Shown here in pieces: positions 18,359-26,783 of a stretch of DNA of 64,000 nucleotides. The first letter of the stretch is position 1; each line of letters opens with the position of its first letter. The notes beneath the pieces are model-generated. The model was given only the letters and a program-made list of their open reading frames with translations. It ran no database searches and was not told where the DNA came from. Position numbers and translations under genes: made by a program. This DNA comes from Deltaproteobacteria bacterium (lineage in GTDB: Bacteria; SAR324; NAC60-12). The DNA lies in assembly GCA_038133845.1 (NCBI GenBank), contig JAYPUA010000015.1, positions 2,268-66,267 on the forward strand, given 5' to 3'.

Positions 18359-20008
18359 TCACCCTTGGGGACGAATGCAGGTCTGGGCCGAGACTCCGGC
18401 CGCTCGCAGTTGGGCCTTCTGCACCTTGTTCGTGGGCGTTTTGGGGAGCACATCCACGAGTTCGAGGTACAGAGGCTGCATGGTTTTTGGAAGTCGACTC
18501 TGGCAAAAGGCCCAGATCGACTCCGGACTTGGCACTTTTTGAGCGTGAGGAACAATCACCAGCTTAATCTCGTCCTCTCCTCCGGCAATTTCCGAAGGAA
18601 CGGCAATCGCCGCCACTTCGGCAACTTCCGGATGCTCCAGCAGGGCGGACTCCACCTCGAAGGAGGAGATGTTCTCCCCGCGACGGCGGATGCAGTCCTT
18701 GATGCGGTCCACAAAGTAGAAGTAGCCGTCGTCATCGACACGGCCCGCATCTCCGGTGTGAAACCAGAAGTTGCGACACGCCTCCACAGTCTTCTCCGGA
18801 AGGCCATGGTATCCCTGCATGAAGCCATAGGGTTGCCGCGGGCGTACACAGATCTCGCCGACGTGATTCGGCGAGAGCGGTTCATCCGTCTCGGGATGGA
18901 GTACGGACACTTCATAAAATCGTTCCCAAGGCTTCCCGCAGCTTCCCGGACGCGGAGCTTCCAGCGGGGTGTAGAGTGGAATGTTCACCTCCGTCATCCC
19001 GTAGAGTTCGATGAAGTGTCGGACTCCGAAGCGTTGCTTGAACGGCTCCACCTGCTCTGGCGGAAGCGGTGCGGCAGTCACCACGCGCAAGGAGTGGTCG
19101 CCCTCCTGCTCGGACGGCGGTTGGCGGAGGAGAAACTCCACCATCACTCCAAGTGTGTTGGTGACGGTACACCCGTGATTCCGGATGTCTGCCAGCCACT
19201 CCGAGGCGCTGAAGCGTTCCCGGAGCACGGCCGTCATTCCACCGATGAGCACCGCGTAAAGCTGCATGAACAGGGCGTTTGCGTGAAATAGAGGAAGACA
19301 GATGTAGTACACATCGTCTTCCTGCAGCTCCAGATTGCAGATGCTTCCCAGCCCAAACAGGTAGTTGTGGGCATGCGGCATCAGCACCCCCTTGGAAGGT
19401 CCTGTGGTTCCCGAGGTGTAGAGGATGGAGGCGATGTCCTGATAAGACACCTCCCCGGCCTCTTCCGGAGGACCCGCCACCTCGCTCAGAAGTTCTCCCA
19501 GAAATACCTGCTTGATGACACGCCCGGCGCTTGCAGGGAGTGGTCTTCGGAGTCCAAGAGGCTCCGGAGAAGATCGCGCAGCATGCAGGGTGGGCGGACA
19601 GACCACCACGACCTGCAGGTCTTGCAACTCTTCGGAAATCTCGCTCAAGTTGTCCAAGAACTCGGGAACCGTGAACAGCACACGGGCCTGACTGTTGACC
19701 AGCACGTGCTTCAGAAAGCTCCCTCGGTATTCCAGATTGACCGCGACGTGGATTGCTCCCAGACGCGCACACGCCAGCCAGGCCAGCACGTGCGGCAGTC
19801 CATTCGGAAGCAGCAGCGCCACGCGATCTCCGAAACCGACGTCCAGGCGCTTCAAGCCATGAGCTAGCTGATTCGCCTGTACGTCCGCATCGGAGTAGGT
19901 CAGAGCCTCCCCCTGCGTCGTCTTTACAAAAACCTTGTCCGGTCGTTGATGAGCCCTACAAGATAGTTGGACTCCCAGCGACCATTCCTTGACAGAATGG
20001 TGGACCAT
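18359..20008 (-). CDS. AMP-dependent CoA ligase, CaiC-like
   Basis: YTSGTTGPSKG, YGMTE, WFHTGDAG, YFVDRIKDCIRRRGENISSFEVE and PKTPTNK. Confidence 0.9.
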   Translation of the reverse strand: MVHHSVKEWSLGVQLSCRAHQRPDKVFVKTTQGEALTYSDADVQANQLAHGLKRLDVGFGDRVALLLPNGLPHVLAWLACARLGAIHVAVNLEYRGSFLKHVLVNSQARVLFTVPEFLDNLSEISEELQDLQVVVVCPPTLHAARSSPEPLGLRRPLPASAGRVIKQVFLGELLSEVAGPPEEAGEVSYQDIASILYTSGTTGPSKGVLMPHAHNYLFGLGSICNLELQEDDVYYICLPLFHANALFMQLYAVLIGGMTAVLRERFSASEWLADIRNHGCTVTNTLGVMVEFLLRQPPSEQEGDHSLRVVTAAPLPPEQVEPFKQRFGVRHFIELYGMTEVNIPLYTPLEAPRPGSCGKPWERFYEVSVLHPETDEPLSPNHVGEICVRPRQPYGFMQGYHGLPEKTVEACRNFWFHTGDAGRVDDDGYFYFVDRIKDCIRRRGENISSFEVESALLEHPEVAEVAAIAVPSEIAGGEDEIKLVIVPHAQKVPSPESIWAFCQSRLPKTMQPLYLELVDVLPKTPTNKVQKAQLRAAGVSAQTCIRPQG

Positions 20009-20078
20009 TGTCTCTTCTCGCGTCCATGCGTTGAAGTGAAGTATGGCTGCTGCTGCTTCGCGTCCATGCGATGCCAGA

Positions 20079-20151
20079 CTGGGCTCCCGTTTTCACGGGA
20101 GTGACCTGTGCTGTTGCTCAATCCGCCATGCCCGCGAAGGCGGGGATCCGG
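20079..20151. repeat. Inverted pair of REP-like palindromes (GTCAYKCCCG.GAA..CGGG..YCC family)
   Basis: 20079-20105 reverse complement GTCACTCCCGTGAAAACGGGAGCCCAG and 20125-20151 GCCATGCCCGCGAAGGCGGGGATCCGG. They translate to the typical PAKAGI / PRLRG peptides. Confidence 0.6.
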
Positions 20152-20348
20152 ACTCGAGACAAACAGCCTCCTGCAAAAGAAAACCACCCGACATCGTGCA
20201 ACGGATGCCGGACACACCTCTCCCTGGAAAAACACACTCCGCATTTTTCCTAAAAAATTTATATTTCTTATAGTTGGGCAGAGACTCGGTGCGGAAAGCC
20301 TTCTTGAGTGGCTTCCCGGACGGAGACTCCGCGTTCGGATGAAGCCGA

Positions 20349-20372
20349 CTCCGGCATTGGGAGATGCCGGAG
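20349..20372. terminator. Hairpin downstream of the fliS pair
   Basis: CTCCGGCAT-TGGGAG-ATGCCGGAG, 9-bp stem; no U-tract on the minus strand. Confidence 0.35.
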
Positions 20373-20458
20373 CCTGGCGTTTTCACTCCGGAGCGACTCT
20401 GCTCCGGTCAATCAAGCGATTCACCTTTTCTTCACCAGGGAAGAGGGCCCTCGCCTGT

Positions 20459-20899
20459 TTATCCTTGGGCGCGGAAGGTCCCGCGTGCAGCCGCCTGGGC
20501 TGCAGCACGCTGCTTCTGCTCCACACTCTGCTGCCGGAGCTGAGTCCAGCCCTGACGCAGGGTATCGGTAATCTTGATCAGTTCTCCAATGATTTCCGGA
20601 TCCTTGCGGAGGTTGGCCTCCACAATGCGGCGGAACATGTACAGGTAGAGTTCACGCAGGTTCTTGCCGACGTCTCCGGTATTCTCCACACGCAAGGTGG
20701 AGAGCAGTTCGTTCACGATGTCTTTGCTCCGCATCAGATAGTTGTGCGTGCCTTCAATGTCGTTGGCCTGGGCTCGGGACTCGGCTTTCTTGAGAAAGCG
20801 GATCATCCCGTCGTAGAGCATGATGATCAAGGTCAACTGATCGGAAGTCTGGACGTTCGTTTGATAGTACGCCCGATAAGACTGGTTGGGGGTGCGCAT
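20459..20899 (-). CDS. fliS: Flagellin export chaperone FliS (copy 2)
   Basis: Y.QTNVQT.DQLTLIIMLYDGMIRFL and NLRELYLYMFRRIVEAN. Confidence 0.9.
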   Translation of the reverse strand: MRTPNQSYRAYYQTNVQTSDQLTLIIMLYDGMIRFLKKAESRAQANDIEGTHNYLMRSKDIVNELLSTLRVENTGDVGKNLRELYLYMFRRIVEANLRKDPEIIGELIKITDTLRQGWTQLRQQSVEQKQRAAAQAAARGTFRAQG

Positions 20900-20914
20900 A
20901 TTCCTCCTGGATGA

Positions 20915-21370
20915 TTACCCTCTAAGATTGACACGTTTGTTGTCTGAAGCGCCGGGAGCCGGACGAACCGGTTGCTGGCCGGGGGCTGCCGTCTTCTGCG
21001 GCGTGCCGATATAGACCCAGGCTTCCCGTAATTCCCTGAGCAAGTCCAAGGCGACCTTGGCTGGCTTCGGATTCTTGTGAATGTTGGCCTCGATGAGTTG
21101 GTTGAACATGAAGTTGTAGAGGCTTTGGAGATTCTTTGCGATCTCTCCTCCCTTCTCCAGGTTCAGCGAGGACATCAGCTCTGCCACAATGTTCTTGGCC
21201 TTGACCAGGGCATTGTGGGTGCGCTCGATCTCATTACGTTGCATGGACTCGAGGGCAAACTGAATGTTCTTGATTGCTCCGTCGTAGAGCATGACGATCA
21301 GCTTGTTCTGATCCAGCGTGTTGACCGCCGCGCGTTTGTAGGCGTTTTGATAACCGCTGTAAGGGTTCAT
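20915..21370 (-). CDS. fliS: Flagellin export chaperone FliS (copy 1)
   Basis: AYKRAAVNT...LIVMLYDGAI, SSLNLEKGGEIAKNLQSLYNFM and LREAW. Confidence 0.93.
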   Translation of the reverse strand: MNPYSGYQNAYKRAAVNTLDQNKLIVMLYDGAIKNIQFALESMQRNEIERTHNALVKAKNIVAELMSSLNLEKGGEIAKNLQSLYNFMFNQLIEANIHKNPKPAKVALDLLRELREAWVYIGTPQKTAAPGQQPVRPAPGASDNKRVNLRG

Positions 21371-21416
21371 GATGATATTCCCTGAAAACGGGGTTTATGA
21401 TTCATGATTTAAGAGA

Positions 21417-24400
21417 TCAGCCGTCTTTCTTCTGACCGCCATTTGCTCCGCCCAAGGCGGAGAGCTGTTGACTGACATAGCTCTGTTGCGAGCGCAGACG
21501 TCCCATCGTGCTGTCCAGCTTGGCGAACTTCAGCTGAAGCTGCTGCTGTTTGGCGTCGATTCGCTCGTTCATCTTCTTCAGTTGATCATCGTAGCTGCTC
21601 AACTGCTCGCTCAGGTCCTGGCTGAGCTTCTTGTACTTTCCATCGACCGGGCTGTTGATGTCCTGCAGCTTCTCCTGCAGTTTCACGGCAACGCCCTTGG
21701 TTACGGTCACGCTGGCTTCCGGTCCGTCCATCAGGTCTTTTTCCGTCAGCGACACATAGATGCGCAGGCCCTCGGAGTCGTGATCATCCGGGCCGATCAG
21801 CAACTGCCCTCGTCCAGGAGCCTCGACTCCGTCGATGGTCCCGACCACATCCTGTCCGTTCTCTTGTGTTCCGCCGGCGAGCCCCAAGCCGTCCAGAGAC
21901 TTCTTCTCTCCCGGCTCCACCTCGATGGAGGAACTCTTGCCGTACGATCCGGACGTGAAGCGCAGGCCACCGTTGTAGGTATCCACCTGAATGCCTCGGC
22001 GTCCCAGAACCTTGTCTTCATTCAGAAGCTTCTGGATCGACTTGGCCAGGCTGGACACCGTGTAGACGTCCTTGCGCAGCTCCAGAGGTTCGGAGCTTCG
22101 ACCATTGTTGCGGATGACGATCACGTTGTTCGAGTCGTCTACCCGAATCATTCCTCCCGGAATCGGCTCGCCGATGAAGCGGCCCTTCTTGGCCACCTCA
22201 CTGACATCGATCTTGTAGCCGTCCGGGCTGATGCGCGTCCGATCTCCGAGTCCCACGAACGTCACGCCCGGGTTGTCGGATTCTCCGTTGCTGCGAAACA
22301 GGTTCGCCACGGAGGTGTATTCGTTCTCGATCTTCTCGCTCAGCTTCTTTTCATCAAGCGACATGATCCCCTTGTCGTTGATGCGCAGCCCGACCGAGAA
22401 GAGCATGTTGCTCGACTGAGGCAGGCCAGCCACCGTCGCGATCGTCGTTGTCGCCAGATCGTTGGTGATCTGCGCGAGGTTGCGGTCACTCAACAGCGGC
22501 GCTGCCGTGTTCGTTGACTTGTCGAACTTCGACACCTCCGTCGAGGTCGCCTGGTACGTGTTGTAGGCGTCGACAAAGTCCCGGATGCGCTCACGCGCCT
22601 TCTCCGTATCTCCAATCACGGACACCGTGACCAGCTCCTTGTTTGAGGACAGGAACTCCAGGTCCAAGCCCGGAATGATGTCGCTCGCCTTGTTCTCAGA
22701 GCGCCTCACCTCCAGACCCCCTCCCTGATCGGAAGCTCCCAGGCGAACCACCAGATCCTGGGCCTGCCTCATGGTTGAGGTGTAGGTGTTGATCTCGAAG
22801 CTGTCGCCTTCGTACAGATCTCCGCGTCCCAGCGACAGACTCAATCCTCGATCAAAGAAGATCGATTCGCCTGGACGGTAGCCTTCTCCCACGTTGAGCA
22901 CCCCCTTGTTGCCCAGCTCGTCTTGCCACTCCAGCAACAGGGCTCGAGTGATCCCGACTCCGCCACGCCGACGCACCGTGAAGGTGTACGTCTTGGAGAT
23001 GTCTCCGATGAACTCTCCGGAGATTTCGATGGGAGCCGTGCTGACGTTTGCGCCGTAGTCGGGAATGCCATCCTCGACCGCAGGGCGCGACAGGTCGCGT
23101 TCCTCCTCATCGTCATAGTCCTCAAAGGGTCGCCACTCTGCCTTGGTGTCAACCTCTCCGGTCACGCCTCTTACTCCGTCCGGCAACCACCACCAGTCTT
23201 CCGACGAGGGGGCTACCAGTTCGATGTCAGCCGTGTCTCCGTCTCTCAGGACGCCTGGAGGAATCTCCACAAACAACCCGTTTCCAATCGGAAGCTTGGT
23301 CGGTGGAGCCTCTCCGCTTTCCCCGTTGAACTTGAGATCAAACAGGGCTTCGCCATCTTTGGCATCGTACGCCGTCGCATCGCTCGGGCGCTCTTCGGAA
23401 CTCTCGGACTGGTAGGGGTAGCTGAGATCCAGTTGACCTCGCTCTCCTGTTCCGGAGAATTCGTAGTGCAGGATCAGCGACTTCTTTCCGCCAACCTGAC
23501 CGCTTCCCTCGACCCGGAAGATCACATTCTGATCCTGGTCGCCTTCATACTTTCCGGTGACCTGAATGCCTCCGGAGCGTTCCTTGGACCCCCAATCCGT
23601 CGGTTTGGAGATCTTGGCGGCCCGATCTGCGTCGTTCAGCCACCAGAGCATCGGGGAGCGAGCGGCGCGGGCTTCCACCTTGAAGTCATCTCCACCAACG
23701 ACCTCTCCGTCGCTGAAGCGCAGCTGAATTCCATCAACCACCTCGACCGGTGTCCCGGGAGCGTAGTTGTATTCGTTGATCTCGATCTGCCCTTCACGTC
23801 CAAGCGAGTCGGACCAGCCCAGCACTACGCCTTCCGCAGAAGGGATCGTCCCAGGCTTGAGCACCCGGAAGACCATCTCGATGTCATCTTCACCGGTGTA
23901 CACACCAGCCACATCGATGATCGGGGTGGACGATCCAACCCCGCCTCGTTCCAGCACATCCGGAGGGAGCAGGTCCAGGCCTTTCCATTCCGACGTGCGA
24001 TCAAAGTCGTTCCGGAAGTCCGGAGCGTTCTCCTCGTTGAGGTTGACCTCGATCGAGATGCGCCCTTCTGCACCTGTGCGTTTGCTTGTCAGCAGCAGGC
24101 GATAGGGGAGGTCTCCGTGGGTCTTGGCAATGAAGGCCTCAACCTCGGCATCCTCCTCGTTGATTGCTCGACGAAGCCCCTCAAGGGTGTTGTTGTCTTC
24201 ATCAAGCGTAATCGTCACCGGAGAGTCTTCAGGGTCGTCTCCGACCTTGATGCTCACCGTTCCCTCGCCGATTCGAGTATCTTCGGTCTCAAACCCCTGC
24301 GAGGCAATTTGGTGCGAGAGAGCAACCGAATCCACCGCAATCACGGTCTTTCCAGGCTTGGCGTCTCGACGTGCACGCGCGATCACCACATCCGGATTGG

Positions 24401-24641
24401 ACGACTCAACGGAACGGGCTTCCCAGATCTCTGCGCTGTCCAGCGATCCAACCACCTCTTGGAGCTTGTCCAACTCCGCCTTGACGATGCTCCAGGCTTC
24501 GATCTCCTTGAGCTTCTCGTCTTTGCGCTGCTGGATGGGCTCCAGCCTGCGCTTCTCGATGTTGACGAAACGCTCCACGATTTCCTGGGTGTTCATCTTC
24601 GACCCCAGGCCCGTGACCGCGTTCGGATTCAGTTCCGCCAA
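21417..24641 (-). CDS. fliD: Very large flagellar filament cap protein FliD (~1074 aa)
   Basis: N-terminus TGLGSKMNTQEIVERFVNIEKRRL and C-terminal FliD_C features (FVDAYN, LLSDRNL, LQLKFAKLDSTMGRLRSQQSY). Start placed at TTG 24641. Confidence 0.88.
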   Translation of the reverse strand: MAELNPNAVTGLGSKMNTQEIVERFVNIEKRRLEPIQQRKDEKLKEIEAWSIVKAELDKLQEVVGSLDSAEIWEARSVESSNPDVVIARARRDAKPGKTVIAVDSVALSHQIASQGFETEDTRIGEGTVSIKVGDDPEDSPVTITLDEDNNTLEGLRRAINEEDAEVEAFIAKTHGDLPYRLLLTSKRTGAEGRISIEVNLNEENAPDFRNDFDRTSEWKGLDLLPPDVLERGGVGSSTPIIDVAGVYTGEDDIEMVFRVLKPGTIPSAEGVVLGWSDSLGREGQIEINEYNYAPGTPVEVVDGIQLRFSDGEVVGGDDFKVEARAARSPMLWWLNDADRAAKISKPTDWGSKERSGGIQVTGKYEGDQDQNVIFRVEGSGQVGGKKSLILHYEFSGTGERGQLDLSYPYQSESSEERPSDATAYDAKDGEALFDLKFNGESGEAPPTKLPIGNGLFVEIPPGVLRDGDTADIELVAPSSEDWWWLPDGVRGVTGEVDTKAEWRPFEDYDDEEERDLSRPAVEDGIPDYGANVSTAPIEISGEFIGDISKTYTFTVRRRGGVGITRALLLEWQDELGNKGVLNVGEGYRPGESIFFDRGLSLSLGRGDLYEGDSFEINTYTSTMRQAQDLVVRLGASDQGGGLEVRRSENKASDIIPGLDLEFLSSNKELVTVSVIGDTEKARERIRDFVDAYNTYQATSTEVSKFDKSTNTAAPLLSDRNLAQITNDLATTTIATVAGLPQSSNMLFSVGLRINDKGIMSLDEKKLSEKIENEYTSVANLFRSNGESDNPGVTFVGLGDRTRISPDGYKIDVSEVAKKGRFIGEPIPGGMIRVDDSNNVIVIRNNGRSSEPLELRKDVYTVSSLAKSIQKLLNEDKVLGRRGIQVDTYNGGLRFTSGSYGKSSSIEVEPGEKKSLDGLGLAGGTQENGQDVVGTIDGVEAPGRGQLLIGPDDHDSEGLRIYVSLTEKDLMDGPEASVTVTKGVAVKLQEKLQDINSPVDGKYKKLSQDLSEQLSSYDDQLKKMNERIDAKQQQLQLKFAKLDSTMGRLRSQQSYVSQQLSALGGANGGQKKDG

Positions 24642-24710
24642 GGCAATTCGTGCTGCAAACGTACGGACTTGCCGCCGCTCAGGCAGAAATTGCCGTTGCG
24701 GGAAACCTGC

Positions 24711-24777
24711 AAGCCTCTGAAAAAATTGGCTCTCTTCATTTGCGTCGTGCGGACGCAAAGGGAGCACTCAGAGGCTT
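24711..24777. other. Long imperfect hairpin in the flagellin-fliD intergenic region
   Basis: AAGCCTCTGA/TCAGAGGCTT outer stem, GCTC/GAGC middle, TTTGCGTC/GACGCAAA inner stem. Confidence 0.5.
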
Positions 24778-24824
24778 CAAAAAACGTTCCACCGCTTCCG
24801 CCTCAGCGAGGCGTTTACTCAGTC

Positions 24825-26582
24825 CTACTGTCCGACGTTCAGGAGTTGCAGGACGGAGCGAGGAACCTGATTTGCCTGAGCGAGCATCGCGGTGCCGGAG
24901 GAGAGCAGGATCTGATTCTTGACCAGGTTGCTCATCTCTTCGGCCATGTCCGTGTCGGCCAGTTGCGACTCGGAGGCAGTCAGGTTCTCCTGAGCAACCC
25001 GGAGGTTGTTCAGGTTGGTTTCCAGGGCATTCTTCTGGAAGGATCCCAGGCGTCCACGCAGCGACGAGACCTCCTCGATGGCCTGATCGACCACGAGCAG
25101 CGCGTCCTGAGCCAGGTCGGCTCCCCGGACATCGATGTCTGCCAAGCTGCGGAATCCGCTCTCGTTCTCCAGATTGTTTGCCAGAAATTCGGGGTTGATG
25201 CTGCGGACCGAGATCTTGCTCTGGTGTCCTTGATTGGGGCCAATCTGAAAGGCCAGAGCATTCTGGGTCACGTGAACGTAGCCATCGACAGGTTCGCCCA
25301 CCAGCAGGTCGTTCGAGTTTTCACGACGGAAGAGTCCGGCTACACGGTTGTCCAAGCGATTGAACACTTCGTAGATCACATCATCCGTGGTGTTGGAGTA
25401 GCGAACGGTCACACCTTCTGCGACCGATCCGGGCGCTCCGGTGAGGAACTGCCCGTCTCCAATGGCCGGCTCGCCGGAGCCAAACTCCGGACTGCCGCCA
25501 ATCGAGCCCTCGACGTCTCGTCCGGGAACGGAGAACGTGGCCTCGTTTGCCGGAGTGTCGTCCTTGAAGAAATCGTCCAAGGTGGTCGAGACCGTGAAGT
25601 TTGGGTCGCTGCCGAACTCCCGGTGTCGGATCACGATCACCTCCTCGTCTCCCACCAGGTCTCTCACCTCTCCCGGATACTCGGCGATCTTGCTCAGAGC
25701 ATCATTCAGGGTGTCGAAGCTGGAGAGGAAGGCTCCCAGTTGCTCTGCCGGGCGGTAGACGAACACATCCAGTTCCATCCCGGCCTCGTCGACCTGCCGC
25801 TGCATCTCTGATGCGATCAGCTGCTGCACTGCTCGCTCGGCATTGGCGATCGCCTCCGGGCTGCCATCTCGTGTCGCCGCGCTGGCAATCTTCTCGATCT
25901 GAGAGTTGAGCTCCTTGTTCTTTCCCAAGTCCACCCCGACTGTTCGGCCACCTTCGTTGATCACAAAGGAGACCACCTTGCTCGGATCGGAGGACACCAC
26001 GTCTTCCAAGCGCAAGGCTCGGGTTCCAACGAGGAAGGAGCGAGTGGCCACCTGAGTGATATTGACCTTGTAGCCTTCTGCCGGAGAGGACTTGCTGGTT
26101 TCAGTGGCACTGATGAAGTTCAGCCCGTCTCCAACGGCAACTCCGTCGGAGGCATTGCTGCCGTCCAGCAGGGTCTGGGTGCCAAACTGAGTGTTGCGGG
26201 CAATGTTGCGAACCGTTGAGAGCAGGTTCTCTACCTCAATCTGATCGGCCTCCAGCATCTTCTCATCGTTTCCGCCTTCGTTCGCCGCGTGTACGGCCAG
26301 TTGGCGCAGATTGATCAGAATGCTGCTGACCTCGCTCAATGCGCTTTCTGTGGTCTGGACCATCGAAACAGACGTCTCCGAGTTCCGGATTGCCTGTCCC
26401 AAGGACTCGATCTGGGCCTTCATCTGCTCGGAAATCACCAGAGAAGCCGGTCCATCCGCAGCGCGATTGAGACGTCTTCCAGACGAGAGTCGCTCCAGAT
26501 TCGTGGTCAGCGCCTGCTCTGTGCGATTCAATTGCCTCAGAGCGTTCAGGGCTGCTATGTTGGAGTTGACTCGAAGTGCCAT
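24825..26582 (-). CDS. fliC: Long flagellin (585 aa)
   Basis: MALRVNSNIAALNA, LERLSSGRRLNRAADGPA, FQIGPN, RGRLGSFQ, ESQLADTDMAEEM, MLAQANQ. Confidence 0.95.
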   Translation of the reverse strand: MALRVNSNIAALNALRQLNRTEQALTTNLERLSSGRRLNRAADGPASLVISEQMKAQIESLGQAIRNSETSVSMVQTTESALSEVSSILINLRQLAVHAANEGGNDEKMLEADQIEVENLLSTVRNIARNTQFGTQTLLDGSNASDGVAVGDGLNFISATETSKSSPAEGYKVNITQVATRSFLVGTRALRLEDVVSSDPSKVVSFVINEGGRTVGVDLGKNKELNSQIEKIASAATRDGSPEAIANAERAVQQLIASEMQRQVDEAGMELDVFVYRPAEQLGAFLSSFDTLNDALSKIAEYPGEVRDLVGDEEVIVIRHREFGSDPNFTVSTTLDDFFKDDTPANEATFSVPGRDVEGSIGGSPEFGSGEPAIGDGQFLTGAPGSVAEGVTVRYSNTTDDVIYEVFNRLDNRVAGLFRRENSNDLLVGEPVDGYVHVTQNALAFQIGPNQGHQSKISVRSINPEFLANNLENESGFRSLADIDVRGADLAQDALLVVDQAIEEVSSLRGRLGSFQKNALETNLNNLRVAQENLTASESQLADTDMAEEMSNLVKNQILLSSGTAMLAQANQVPRSVLQLLNVGQ

Positions 26583-26625
26583 CTTTAAGGTTCCGAGAGT
26601 TGAGTAAAGACTGTTGCTGAGATCC

Positions 26626-26652
26626 TTATCGGCAGCGTGGAAAATTTCTTTA
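26626..26652 (-). promoter_or_regulatory. Sigma28 (FliA) promoter, proximal
   Basis: TAAA-N15-GCCGATAA, an exact consensus match 44 nt upstream of the flagellin ATG. Confidence 0.85.
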
Positions 26653-26742
26653 GCACGCCGCTTCTTTTTTTTGGATTCAGAGGCGAGGCTTGCACGAAAG
26701 GATCACCTCAAAACAGACCCGGCATCACCTCGACTTGCTTCC

Positions 26743-26769
26743 TTATCGACCGCTCTCCAGATTTCTTTA
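26743..26769 (-). promoter_or_regulatory. Sigma28 (FliA) promoter, distal
   Basis: TAAA-N15-GTCGATAA, one mismatch to consensus. Confidence 0.7.
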
Positions 26770-26783
26770 GCAAAAAATACGTC

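Noticed and set aside
24776-24791. Sigma54 promoter for fliD (TGGAACG-TTTT-TTGAA on the minus strand)
   Set aside because: The -12 dinucleotide is GA instead of the near-invariant GC.
22923-25811. 962-aa plus-strand ORF spanning fliD and the long flagellin
   Set aside because: In-register antisense shadow of two real genes in a GC-rich genome; no recognisable protein features. The same applies to 36199-38265, 46096-48378, 57342-59300 and similar long antisense ORFs.
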